Assembly: GCA_963744145.1 (NCBI GenBank)
Contig: CAVUSO010000001.1
Location: 192,001 to 256,000, forward strand
Direction: 5' to 3'
Length of the DNA: 64,000 nucleotides
Origin: an uncultured cyanobacterium
GTDB taxonomy: Bacteria > Cyanobacteriota > Cyanobacteriia > Cyanobacteriales > CAWUOF01
Shown here in pieces: positions 1-10,125 of the stretch. The translations under genes and the position numbers were made by a program. The notes beneath the pieces were generated by a model. The model had not been told where the DNA came from. It searched no databases and worked only from the letters and a program-made list of their open reading frames with translations. How positions within the stretch are numbered: the stretch's first letter is position 1; each line of letters starts with the position of its first letter.

Positions 1-420
1 TGTTACCACAGTACCAAACAAAAATACTGCGGTAGCGACTGGACGACGGAAAGGATTTTGGAACTTGTTAACGCTTTCGATAAAAGGAATCACCAGTAAC
101 CCAATGGGTACGGCACTCATCAGCAACACACCTAAAAGTTTATTCGGCACAGAACGCAACAGTTGAAAAACTGGGTAAAGATACCACTCTGGCAAAATTT
201 CTAAGGGAGTTGCAAAAGGATTAGCTGGTTCACCCACCATGGCTGGATCTAGCACTGCTAAACCCACACATAAAGCAATCGTGCCGATAATAACTACTGG
301 GAAGACATAGAGAAGATCATTGGGCCAAGCTGGTTCACCATAGTAGTTGTGACCCATACCCTTAGCCAATTTAGCCCGTAGAGCCGGATCGCTTAGATCC
401 GGTTTTTTCTGTGTTGACAT
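1..420 (-). CDS. petD: Cytochrome b6f subunit IV (3' end runs off the window)
   Basis: Reverse strand from 420 reads [41 protein letters not shown]...PLEILPEWY; lies directly downstream of petB. Confidence 0.97.
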   Translation of the reverse strand, partial: MSTQKKPDLSDPALRAKLAKGMGHNYYGEPAWPNDLLYVFPVVIIGTIALCVGLAVLDPAMVGEPANPFATPLEILPEWYLYPVFQLLRSVPNKLLGVLLMSAVPIGLLVIPFIESVNKFQNPFRRPVATAVFLFGTVVT

Positions 421-490
421 AGTTAATTATTGTTTTCCTGAATCAGGTTAGTTGGAGCGTGAGGAAGTAATAGCAGTTGCATTTTTAATT

Positions 491-1138
491 TTACAATGGA
501 CCGGAAATGCCTTGTTTGCGAATCATCAAGAAGTGCATCAGCATAAATACAGCAATCAGCCAAGGCAGAACGAAAGTGTGGGCGCTATAATAACGAGTTA
601 GGGTAGCTTGACCAACACTGGAACCACCACGTAATAAGTCAGCAATCAGAGTCCCTACCACAGGAATTGCTTCCGGAACCCCAGAAACTATTTTTACCGC
701 CCAATAACCAATTTGATCCCAAGGCAGAGAGTAACCAGTAACACCAAAGGATACTGTAATTACAGCTAAAATTACACCTGTCACCCAGGTTAGTTCCCGA
801 GGTTTTTTAAATCCACCAGTCAGGTAAACTCGAAAAACGTGGAGAATCATCATCAACACCATCATGCTAGCAGACCAGCGGTGAACGGAGCGAATGAGCC
901 AACCAAAGCTAACTTCCGTCATAATGTATTGGATGGAGGTAAATGCTTCGGTGACAGTTGGCTTGTAATAAAATGTCATCGCAAATCCAGTGGCAAACTG
1001 GATTAAAAAGCAAACTAGGGTGACACCACCTAAACAATAGAAGATGTTGACATGGGGAGGTACGTATTTACTGGTTACATCTTCAGCGAGTGCTTGGATT
1101 TCTAAGCGTTCCTCAAACCAGTCTAAGACTTTGGACAT
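491..1138 (-). CDS. petB: Cytochrome b6
   Basis: 215 aa; [29 protein letters not shown]. Confidence 0.99.
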   Translation of the reverse strand: MSKVLDWFEERLEIQALAEDVTSKYVPPHVNIFYCLGGVTLVCFLIQFATGFAMTFYYKPTVTEAFTSIQYIMTEVSFGWLIRSVHRWSASMMVLMMILHVFRVYLTGGFKKPRELTWVTGVILAVITVSFGVTGYSLPWDQIGYWAVKIVSGVPEAIPVVGTLIADLLRGGSSVGQATLTRYYSAHTFVLPWLIAVFMLMHFLMIRKQGISGPL

Positions 1139-1321
1139 GTATTAATGGTTCCTAAAAAGTTATTGCGGTTCATGATTAAAACTGTACCATAGTCGAAAGA
1201 TTTCACAAAAACCGAACAAGTTCAAGCGAGATTGCTTGACCAGTGATTGCATAATTAGGCTGTCGCTCGGATTTTTGGCCATTTTTTTGGCTGTGTTGAC
1301 CGGAAATAAGATATCTAAGAT

Positions 1322-2572
1322 ATGAAAAAAATAGTTGCTACTGTTGGCTTGTTAATTATCGTGTCAATCGTGATGGTCTTGGGTTGTTGGACCAGACCAG
1401 CTTTGGCTTTGACGGAAAATCAAAAACTGGTAAATGAAGTGTGGCGCATTGTCAATCGTACTTATGTGGATGGTACGTTTAATCACCAGAATTGGTTAAA
1501 AGTCCGCACCCAGACTTTGCAGCAAAACCTGGAAACTCGTGAAGAAACTTATCGTGCGATCGCCAATATGTTAAGCACTTTGGATGATCCATTTACCCGT
1601 TTATTACAGCCAAATCAGTATCGTAGTCTCCAAGTGAATACTTCCGGAGAACTAACTGGGGTGGGATTGCAAATTGCTCTGGATCAAAATGGTAAATTAG
1701 TGGTAGTTGCACCAATCACTGGTTCACCAGCGGCTAAAGCTGGATTACAAGCTCGCGATCGGATTGTAGCAATTGATGGTTTAGCTACCGATCAGTTGTC
1801 TCTTGATCAAGCAGCCGAAAAAATGCGTGGTCTTCCAGGAAGTCAAGTGATTTTAACGATCGAGCGTGCAGGAAGTGCCCCTATGCAATTTTCCCTGATT
1901 CGCGATCGCATTGCTCTGAATCCAGTAGTGGCACAATTCCGTTCTTCCTCAGATAATTTAGCGATCGGCTATATCCGTCTCAATCAATTTAATGCTAATG
2001 CTCCCACCGAATTTGCTCTGGCTTTAACTCAACTCGAACAACAAGGAGCCAATGCTTATATCCTTGATCTCAGAAATAATCCTGGTGGACTTTTGCAAGC
2101 TGGGATTGAGATTGCACGCTTGTGGTTAAATGAAGGCACAATTGTTTATACTGTGAATCGGCAAGGAATTGTCGGTAATTTTGACGCTGATGACCAAGCT
2201 TTAACCAATGATCCACTGGTAGTTTTAGTCAATCAAGGTACTGCTAGTGCTAGTGAGATTTTGGCTGGTGCTTTACAGGATCATGGTCGGGCTCAACTCG
2301 TGGGTGAAAAAACTTTTGGTAAGGGTTTAATTCAATCCTTGTTTGATTTATCCGATGGCTCTGGTTTAGCTGTCACGATCGCTAAATATGAAACTCCTAA
2401 TCATCATGATATTCACAAGTTAGGGATTATACCTGATCAAATAGTATCTCTAGATCCCATTACTAGCCTAGAAATTGCTACCCAAGCCGATCGGCAATAT
2501 CAAGCTGCGGTTGATTTATTGCATGGTTCCTTAACTGTAGCCGAGACGATCACTAAACTCCCTCAAAAATAA
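1322..2572 (+). CDS. ctpA: C-terminal processing protease (S41 family, PDZ domain)
   Basis: Signal peptide, GVGLQI PDZ motif, DLRNNPGG, TASASEI, TFGKG. Confidence 0.9.
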   Translation: MKKIVATVGLLIIVSIVMVLGCWTRPALALTENQKLVNEVWRIVNRTYVDGTFNHQNWLKVRTQTLQQNLETREETYRAIANMLSTLDDPFTRLLQPNQYRSLQVNTSGELTGVGLQIALDQNGKLVVVAPITGSPAAKAGLQARDRIVAIDGLATDQLSLDQAAEKMRGLPGSQVILTIERAGSAPMQFSLIRDRIALNPVVAQFRSSSDNLAIGYIRLNQFNANAPTEFALALTQLEQQGANAYILDLRNNPGGLLQAGIEIARLWLNEGTIVYTVNRQGIVGNFDADDQALTNDPLVVLVNQGTASASEILAGALQDHGRAQLVGEKTFGKGLIQSLFDLSDGSGLAVTIAKYETPNHHDIHKLGIIPDQIVSLDPITSLEIATQADRQYQAAVDLLHGSLTVAETITKLPQK

Positions 2573-2635
2573 AGATTAAGTCAGAAGTTTGTTCTAGTCT
2601 GAATTTATGCCCTAGATTTTGAGCCTCAATTTTTA

Positions 2636-3916
2636 TTAAAATATAAATATCAGTTGAATGTGCCAGGTTTGGGCTTGACGGATGATTTTAATTTGACGAA
2701 TAAATTCGCGAAAGTAAAAGCGTCTCTCTGATTCAGATAAATCTAACCAGAATTGAGGAATAGAAACAGCTTGAGCAATTTCGCGCAAATTGACTGGAGG
2801 TAGTTGCGCTAGTTGAGATTGCATTTGGGAAATTTCAGTCCGAATTTTATAGGTTCGTAACTCAGCTGTTTCTGGGTCGAAAATCCCCTTCAGGGTTAAA
2901 TTGGGAATTTGGGCTAAGATTTCTTCCTTGGTCCCGATCTCCTGGGTGATTTTTGCCTTCATTTGCTCCGGATCAGGTAAATTTATCTTTGCGACTGCAT
3001 TAGGTAAATCTTGGCAAATTCTGTCAATACTTTGTTTTAACACGCTTTGATAAGGAATCGCGCCACATTTAGGCATTCTGCTACAATTAGTTGGACGCAA
3101 ATAAAGATATTCTTGTGATTGACGACGACTGCTCACTTTACTAATTTTCATGAGTGATTCACATTCTCCGCAAATGACTAAACCCGCTAAGGAACGCGGA
3201 GCGCTCGCAGTTCGAGGAGACAATCTTCGATTACGTCGTAAAACCCGATCAATTTGGGCTGCTTCTGCTCGAGAAATAATCGCTGTATGAGTATTGGAAA
3301 TAATTTCATCATTTTTATACTTTAAATCACCTCGATAAACGCAATTTGTGAGCCAACGTCCACCAGTCGAGACAGCGATGATCAGCCCATGTTTTTGCTC
3401 TAAGTAGCGCACTGCACCTCTTAAAGAACCATAAAGCAGGAAATGTTCAAAAAAATCTTTCACGATTGGAGCAGCGTTGCGATCGAGGAGATAACGTTCT
3501 TTACCACGACGATATCCATAGGGAGCTTTACCTGGAGGGGGTAGAAATTTGAGCCGATTTCTGGTATGTCCTTTGCGAATATTGCGACTATGGTGATGAC
3601 GTTTAATTTCTCTCAACAGATTAATTAAATCTGCTTTTTGTTCTGCTTGATTGGTTGCTAGGCCGATCACTTTTATGCCCATTAATTCTAGTTTTTTCAA
3701 GTGCAAACTTACTGCTAATACAGAATCTCCTAGTTCGGCTAAATTATGAACTAGCAGATAATCAACTGATTCTGTTTGTAAATCTTGAAATAGCTGGTCT
3801 AAAGCTTGGCGATCGCCTAAATCTTGATAAATATGATCGATTTTTTGATCCCATCCCTCCCAATTGGGTGTAGACTCAGACCCAGGATCACTATAGCAGT
3901 AAGCAATTATTTTCAT
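2636..3916 (-). CDS. Large serine recombinase-family protein with degenerate catalytic N-terminus
   Basis: PPPGKAPYGY recombinase domain, LAGLVICGEC Zn ribbon, coiled coil; probable start MKIIAY. Confidence 0.8.
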   Translation of the reverse strand: MKIIAYCYSDPGSESTPNWEGWDQKIDHIYQDLGDRQALDQLFQDLQTESVDYLLVHNLAELGDSVLAVSLHLKKLELMGIKVIGLATNQAEQKADLINLLREIKRHHHSRNIRKGHTRNRLKFLPPPGKAPYGYRRGKERYLLDRNAAPIVKDFFEHFLLYGSLRGAVRYLEQKHGLIIAVSTGGRWLTNCVYRGDLKYKNDEIISNTHTAIISRAEAAQIDRVLRRNRRLSPRTASAPRSLAGLVICGECESLMKISKVSSRRQSQEYLYLRPTNCSRMPKCGAIPYQSVLKQSIDRICQDLPNAVAKINLPDPEQMKAKITQEIGTKEEILAQIPNLTLKGIFDPETAELRTYKIRTEISQMQSQLAQLPPVNLREIAQAVSIPQFWLDLSESERRFYFREFIRQIKIIRQAQTWHIQLIFIF

Positions 3917-4064
3917 GGCGAAACTAACCAGAGCAAAATTAGTATCAATTCTCACATTTTTGATCAGAAAAGCTAGCTAGCAGAGAAACAAGAACAATTT
4001 TTAGCTATAGCTGTTCTACTGATCATTTACATTGTCTAAAATTATGATAAAATGAAATGTCTCC

Positions 4065-5828
4065 TTGAACAGAAGCTATTTCATTGGGTCGGTGTCTATG
4101 TTAGATATGGTCGAGTGTATGAACAATGTCACTCAAGTAAGATCAGAGTCAAAAACTGCCATAAATTTATTAATTGTTGAAAATCAAAACGCCGAACTGG
4201 AGCTAATTATTAAAACTCTTTTAAACGCAGATATTATTTTTACCTACGATCTAGCTGATACTTACACAAACTGTCAGCAACTGTTACAAAAAACCAGATA
4301 TGATGCAGTTTTATCAACTTACTGTTGGTCGGAATTTAGTTCAATTCAGCTCTTAAATTTACTCAAAGAATTTCACCAAAATATCCCTTTAATTTTAATT
4401 AGTGAGCGGATCGGTGAAGAAGCTACAGTCGAATGTATTAAAGCCGGGATAACTGACTATGTATTGAAAGATAGATTATTTCGCTTACCTACAGTTTTAC
4501 AGCGATCGCTAGCTGAATTTGAACGACGTTGTGAACAACAAGAACAACAAGCTAAACTTGAACAACAAGCAGAGCGAGAAAGATTACTAAATCAAATTAG
4601 TCATTCTTTAAATTCTAGTCTTGACCCTGAATATATCTTAACAGAAATAGTTAAGCGAATTGGTGAATGTTTTCGGGTTGATCGCGTGGCAATTTTTGCG
4701 ATCCATGAAACCGAAATTCAGGTAATTAATGAATGGAAATATCACGACCAGATTGATTCACTCTTAGATTTTAAAACTCCGAAAGACCCCTGTTATAGGA
4801 TGATCCATAATGAGAGTGAATCGATTCGTCAGGGATGTTTATATTTAACCATTAATCAACCAGAACAAGAGCAACACCAGCAAAAAAATCAGGCAATTTA
4901 TTTTTTGAGTGTCCCCATTTTTATTCGCGATCGCTTATTTGGTTGTTTAACTTTACACACACTTAAGGAAAAACGGATTTTCCCCCCAGAAGAAATTGCT
5001 TTATTAAGAGGAATTGCGGATCAAGCTGCGATCGCGCTTTACAATGCTCAAAACTATGAACGTTTAGAGGAATTAGTCAGACAACGCACCCAAGAATTAG
5101 AAAAGGAGAAAATTTTTTCCGAATCTGCTAACCGATCTAAAAGTGAATTTTTGGGTAATATGAGTCATGAATTACGGACACCCCTGACAGGAATTTTAGG
5201 ATTTTCTCATGTGCTATTACAAGAAGTTTTTGGTTCATTAAACGAAAAACAAAAACAATATATAGCTGGAATTAACTCCTGTGGAAAACATTTGCTAGAT
5301 TTGATTAACGATTTATTAGATTTATCAAAACTAGAAGCTGGTAAAGAATCTTTAAATCTGGAAACTATAGTAATCGCAGAAATTTGTGAAGCTAGTATAT
5401 TTTTAATTCGCGAACGGGTGGCTGACCGAGGGTTAGAAATATCAACAGTTATTACGACTAATCTAACTACTTTTATCGCTGACCAACGTCGAGTGAAACA
5501 AATTTTATTTAATCTGTTATCTAATGCTGTTAAATTTACTCCGACCGGATCAGTGACCTTAAAAGTAGAACAAATCCAGGATATAATTCAGTTTTCTGTG
5601 ATTGATACGGGTATTGGGATTGCCGAATCAGATAAAGTTAAATTATTCCAACCTTTTCAACAACTAGATAGTAGTTTATCTCGCAAATATGAAGGTAGTG
5701 GTTTAGGGTTAGCATTATCACGGAATTTAGCGCGTTTACATGGTGGAGATATTACCTTTACCTCAGAACTTGGACTGGGAAGTTGTTTTACTCTTTCTTT
5801 ACCCATCATTCCCATAATTGATGAGTAA
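4065..5828 (+). CDS. Hybrid sensor histidine kinase (REC-GAF-HisKA-HATPase)
   Basis: SHELRTPL H-box, NLLSNAVKFT, DTGIGI, GSGLGL; N-terminal receiver-like domain; true start may lie further downstream. Confidence 0.92.
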   Translation: MNRSYFIGSVSMLDMVECMNNVTQVRSESKTAINLLIVENQNAELELIIKTLLNADIIFTYDLADTYTNCQQLLQKTRYDAVLSTYCWSEFSSIQLLNLLKEFHQNIPLILISERIGEEATVECIKAGITDYVLKDRLFRLPTVLQRSLAEFERRCEQQEQQAKLEQQAERERLLNQISHSLNSSLDPEYILTEIVKRIGECFRVDRVAIFAIHETEIQVINEWKYHDQIDSLLDFKTPKDPCYRMIHNESESIRQGCLYLTINQPEQEQHQQKNQAIYFLSVPIFIRDRLFGCLTLHTLKEKRIFPPEEIALLRGIADQAAIALYNAQNYERLEELVRQRTQELEKEKIFSESANRSKSEFLGNMSHELRTPLTGILGFSHVLLQEVFGSLNEKQKQYIAGINSCGKHLLDLINDLLDLSKLEAGKESLNLETIVIAEICEASIFLIRERVADRGLEISTVITTNLTTFIADQRRVKQILFNLLSNAVKFTPTGSVTLKVEQIQDIIQFSVIDTGIGIAESDKVKLFQPFQQLDSSLSRKYEGSGLGLALSRNLARLHGGDITFTSELGLGSCFTLSLPIIPIIDE

Positions 5829-6065
5829 TTCTGCCAACATCGGGTCAACTTTTGGCAGTAATTCTGAGATGATCGGTATGGATGACTAAAACTTGTTTCC
5901 ATAATTGTAACCACCTTCTGCCAGCTTAATGGCAGATGTAAAAATAATTTAACTGCTAATTTAAAGGTTCTTTGCGCCCGCTTTGTAAACTTTTGTTGCA
6001 GTTAACCTGTTCATTTCCTGATCCTCTTTAAATTGAGGAGAAGATATTTTTTTGAGTAAGAGCTT

Positions 6066-6947
6066 ATGTTGTTTAAAGACGCTCGAGACTATCAAATATT
6101 ATTTCTATCTCTGTTTTTGATTTTAGGGATTGGTACAAGAGATTGGACCCTGAAACCGGAGTTGATTGTCATCGCGATCGCTACTTGTCTCATCACTCAA
6201 TGGGTTGCGATCTTATTAAAACCTCTGGTTGAGGAAAAAATTCATAAATTCCTCTTTAAAGAAAAAAAGACTCTCATAACTCCTCCCCCATCTTTTTCCT
6301 TTCGGAGTGCTGCAATTACTGGTTTAGGTCTTTGTTTATTATTGCGTTCTGACTCCTATCTCACCATGATGATAGCTGCTTCCTGTGCAATTTTAAGTAA
6401 ATTTATCTTCCAGATTGAGGGTAAGCATTTTTTCAACCCTGCTAATTTTGGCATTATTTTTGTCTTAACTTTTACCTCTGATGCTTGGGTTTCACCGGGA
6501 CAGTGGGGAGAGGATTGGTGGTTTGGTATGTTATTTTTCGGAACGGGTGGTTTGGTATTAAAAAAAGTTGGACGTTGGGATACAACTGCGGCTTTTTTAG
6601 GTTTTTACACCTTACTCGAAACCATAAGAAATTTCTGGTTAGGGTGGACTTTTGATGTGCTAGTGCATCGGTTAACCAGTGGTTCTTTATTGCTGTTTGC
6701 TTTATTTATGATTACCGATCCTCGGTCAATTCCCAATGCAAAAATTAGTCGTTTAATCTGGGCAATTGCGCTGGCAAGTTTAACCTTTATTTTCCGGAAT
6801 TACTTTTTCCTTTCGACCGCAATGTTTTGGGCTTTATTTGCACTTTCACCAGCAATTGTATGGTTAGATTACCTTTGGTCAGCGCCAAGATTTTCCTGGT
6901 TCAATCCCAGAAATATTATGCCTAATCTGACTAAGAATACAGCCTAA
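6066..6947 (+). CDS. RnfD/NqrB-family membrane protein (stand-alone)
   Basis: Hydrophobic; KHFFNPANFG and LFMITDPRS motifs. Confidence 0.8.
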   Translation: MLFKDARDYQILFLSLFLILGIGTRDWTLKPELIVIAIATCLITQWVAILLKPLVEEKIHKFLFKEKKTLITPPPSFSFRSAAITGLGLCLLLRSDSYLTMMIAASCAILSKFIFQIEGKHFFNPANFGIIFVLTFTSDAWVSPGQWGEDWWFGMLFFGTGGLVLKKVGRWDTTAAFLGFYTLLETIRNFWLGWTFDVLVHRLTSGSLLLFALFMITDPRSIPNAKISRLIWAIALASLTFIFRNYFFLSTAMFWALFALSPAIVWLDYLWSAPRFSWFNPRNIMPNLTKNTA

Positions 6948-6961
6948 TCAAGGAGTAATGT

Positions 6962-8272
6962 ATGAAAATCTGGCAAATTTTAGTCAGCTTGATTATAGCG
7001 ATCGCGATCACCTTGTTTTTAGCTCCAAATGCGTGGGGATTTTGTGGATTTTATGTAGCTAAAGCTGATACTAAGCTTTATAATCAAGCATCTCAGGTAG
7101 TAATTGCGCGGAATGGCGATCGCACCATTTTAACTATGGCAAATGATTTTCAAGGAGATGTGAAAGACTTTGCGATTGTTGTACCAGTTCCTGTAGTTTT
7201 ACAACAAGATCAAGTTCGGGTGGGAGATCCGAAAATTATTGCGAGATTAGATGCGTTTAGTGCGCCGCGCTTAGTAGAATATTTTGATCCTGATCCTTGT
7301 GCAGTTCAGGAAAGAGCTGTCGATCAGGTTACCCAAACAGTAACATCGGAAAGTAAGGTGAACGCGAATTTAAAAAAACAGGATCTTGGTGTGACAGTAG
7401 AAGCTAAATTTACAGTGGGAGAGTATGATATTGTCATTCTCAGCGCCACAGAATCAGATGGATTGGAAACCTGGTTAAACCAAAATAATTATCAAATTCC
7501 CCAGGGAGCAAGTCAGTTACTCCAACCTTATATTCGGCAAAATATGAAATTCTTTGTTGCCAAGGTAAACTTAACTGAATTAGCGAAAACTGGCACGCAA
7601 TTTCTGCGTCCGATTCAAATGGCATTTGCTTCACCAAAATTCATGTTACCAATTCGGTTAGGCATGATCAATGCCACGAAGGAGCAAGATTTAGTGGTAT
7701 ATGTATTATCACCCCAAGGACAAGCAGAAATTACCAATTATCGCACGGTCAATATTCCCTCAAATGTGAATATTCCCTTATTTGTCAAAGATAAATTTGG
7801 GCAGTTCTATCAAGCGATGTTCCAAAATATTTATCAACAGGAAAGGAAAAAGATCGCATTTCTGGAATATGCTTGGAATATGAGTAGCTGTGACCCTTGT
7901 TCTGCTGATCCTTTAAATCCAGAAGAATTGAAAAAAGCTGGAGTATTTTGGTTGAGTCCAGATGGGAATAATAATGTTTTTATTACCAGGTTACATATTC
8001 GTTATACTCGCAACACATTTCCCGAAGACTTAATGTTTCAGCAAACTGGTAATAGTGAATCTTTTCAAGGTCGATATATTATCACTCATCCGTTTACTGG
8101 AGAAATGAAGTGTACCGGAGCGAAACAATATCAACAATCGGTGCAGGAGCGGATGGAACAAGAATCTCAGACTTTAAGTCATTTGACTACTTGGGATATC
8201 CAAACAATTCGTCAACAAAATAAATATGTGCCACCTCAGCCCCGTCGTTGGTGGCACAATTCTTTTGAATAA
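6962..8272 (+). CDS. DUF2330-family exported protein, paralog 1
   Basis: Signal peptide then FCGFYV; SAPRLVEYFD; CDPC; ITRLHIRY. Confidence 0.78.
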   Translation: MKIWQILVSLIIAIAITLFLAPNAWGFCGFYVAKADTKLYNQASQVVIARNGDRTILTMANDFQGDVKDFAIVVPVPVVLQQDQVRVGDPKIIARLDAFSAPRLVEYFDPDPCAVQERAVDQVTQTVTSESKVNANLKKQDLGVTVEAKFTVGEYDIVILSATESDGLETWLNQNNYQIPQGASQLLQPYIRQNMKFFVAKVNLTELAKTGTQFLRPIQMAFASPKFMLPIRLGMINATKEQDLVVYVLSPQGQAEITNYRTVNIPSNVNIPLFVKDKFGQFYQAMFQNIYQQERKKIAFLEYAWNMSSCDPCSADPLNPEELKKAGVFWLSPDGNNNVFITRLHIRYTRNTFPEDLMFQQTGNSESFQGRYIITHPFTGEMKCTGAKQYQQSVQERMEQESQTLSHLTTWDIQTIRQQNKYVPPQPRRWWHNSFE

Positions 8273-8291
8273 TAACCACAAGGAGTTAGTG

Positions 8292-9608
8292 ATGAGAAGT
8301 ATCCGAATTTTGCTGGGAGTAATCATTACCTTAGTCGCGACAATTTGGTTGACTCCCAATGCTTGGGGATTTTGTGGATTTTATGTGGCTAAAGCTGATA
8401 CTAAGCTGTATAATCAAGCATCTCAGGTAGTAATTGCTCGAAATGGCGATCGCACCATTTTAACTATGGCAAATGATTTTCGAGGAGATGTAAAAGATTT
8501 TGCCATTGTTGTACCAGTTCCTGTCGTTTTACAACAAGAGCAAGTTCGAGTAGGAGATCCAACAATTATTGCGAGATTAGATGCGTTTAGTGCTCCGCGC
8601 TTAGTGGAATATTTTGATCCTGATCCCTGTACCGTATACGCACCTCCAGCATCAATTCCTGCTCCCAGTGGAGCAGTGGGAGGAAATCAACCATATAGAG
8701 CAAGAGACAAAGATGGTACAGGTGTAACCATCGAAGCTCGTTTTACGGTGGGAGAATATGATATTTTGATTTTAAGCGCCAAAGAATCTAATGGTTTAGA
8801 AACTTGGCTTAACCGCAATGGTTATAAGATTCCCAGAGGTGCTAAACAAATACTTCAGCCCTACATTAAACAAAATATGAAGTTTTTTGTTGCCAAAGTT
8901 AATTTAGGAGAATTAGCTAAATCTGGTAATCAATTTTTGCGACCAATTCAGATGGCGTTTGAGTCTCCCAAGTTTATGTTACCAATTCGTCTGGGCATGA
9001 TTAATGCAGATCAGGAACAAGACTTAATTGTCTATATTTTATCCCCCAAAGGTCAAGCCGAAGTTACTAATTATCGGACTGTGAACGTTCCTTCTGACGC
9101 GGAAATTCCTGTTTTTGTGAAAGATAAGTTTGCCGATTTCTATAAAGCGATGTTCCAAACATCCTATATTCAGCAAGCCAAAAAAGTAGCATTTCGTGAA
9201 TATGCTTGGAATATGAGTAGCTGCGATCCTTGTTCTGCTGATCCTTTAAATCCAGAAGAATTGAAAAAAGCCGGAGTATTTTGGTTAGATCAGAATGGGA
9301 ATAATAACGTCTTTATTACCCGTTTCCATGTTCGCTATACAAGGGATAAGTTTCCCGAAGATTTAATGTTTCAAGAAACTGGTAATGACCAATTTTTTCA
9401 AGGGAGATATATCCTACGTCACCCATTTACTGGAGATCTGCAATGTGAAGCAGGAAAACAATATCAAAACTCTTTACCGCCAAGATTTGAACAAGAAGCG
9501 CAAACTTTATCTAGTCTAACTGGATGGAACATTGACGAGATTCGCAAACAAACAAATATTCCTCTAAGTCAAACACCCAATCCTTGGTGGAAAAAAGCGT
9601 TTGAATAG
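8292..9608 (+). CDS. DUF2330-family exported protein, paralog 2
   Basis: Highly similar to 6962..8272; AGGAG RBS at 8281 supports a start at ~8292. Confidence 0.78.
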   Translation: MRSIRILLGVIITLVATIWLTPNAWGFCGFYVAKADTKLYNQASQVVIARNGDRTILTMANDFRGDVKDFAIVVPVPVVLQQEQVRVGDPTIIARLDAFSAPRLVEYFDPDPCTVYAPPASIPAPSGAVGGNQPYRARDKDGTGVTIEARFTVGEYDILILSAKESNGLETWLNRNGYKIPRGAKQILQPYIKQNMKFFVAKVNLGELAKSGNQFLRPIQMAFESPKFMLPIRLGMINADQEQDLIVYILSPKGQAEVTNYRTVNVPSDAEIPVFVKDKFADFYKAMFQTSYIQQAKKVAFREYAWNMSSCDPCSADPLNPEELKKAGVFWLDQNGNNNVFITRFHVRYTRDKFPEDLMFQETGNDQFFQGRYILRHPFTGDLQCEAGKQYQNSLPPRFEQEAQTLSSLTGWNIDEIRKQTNIPLSQTPNPWWKKAFE

Positions 9609-9714
9609 GGAATAAGTCAGAAAAAAAAGAGCGATTAGGACTGAAACTAACACCAAATTTTTAACCTTGTGCTAAAATATAGGTGGGAGTAAAAAACAGT
9701 CCTAATTCTTTTTT

Positions 9715-10089
9715 TTGCTAGTGCAATTAATGGCAAAAATTTTATCGCAACAGGAGATAAAAATAATGCTAGAAAATCAAACTTCCATCCGGACCAATTG
9801 GCTCGGGTATAAAGACTATAACTTCAATCATTTTAGCCCAAGGGTCGCAACCCTATCCAGTAGCTCTAACCCAAATAACTGGAAATATGGTTTTCTGACT
9901 TATATCGCTTATCCTAATAAAAACGTCGCTACAAACGCAATGAAATATCTCCTCAAATCGGGTTTAGTTGATGACGTTGATTTGCGTCAAGCTGACCGAA
10001 TGAAAGTTAAGGGTATGAGGTGGGAATTAAAAATTAGGGGAATGTCTCTTGCACAAGTAATGACCTTAGCCCATCGCGATCGCACATAA
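9715..10089 (+). CDS. Hypothetical protein
   Basis: ORF only; no recognised motif. Confidence 0.45.
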   Translation: MLVQLMAKILSQQEIKIMLENQTSIRTNWLGYKDYNFNHFSPRVATLSSSSNPNNWKYGFLTYIAYPNKNVATNAMKYLLKSGLVDDVDLRQADRMKVKGMRWELKIRGMSLAQVMTLAHRDRT

Positions 10090-10125
10090 ATCAACCTAAC
10101 CCCCCAGCCCCCTTCCCTACCAGGG

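Noticed and set aside
2636-3916. Active excision element or prophage integrase (XisF-like)
   Set aside because: Catalytic motifs look degenerate; no interrupted gene, att sites or cargo seen
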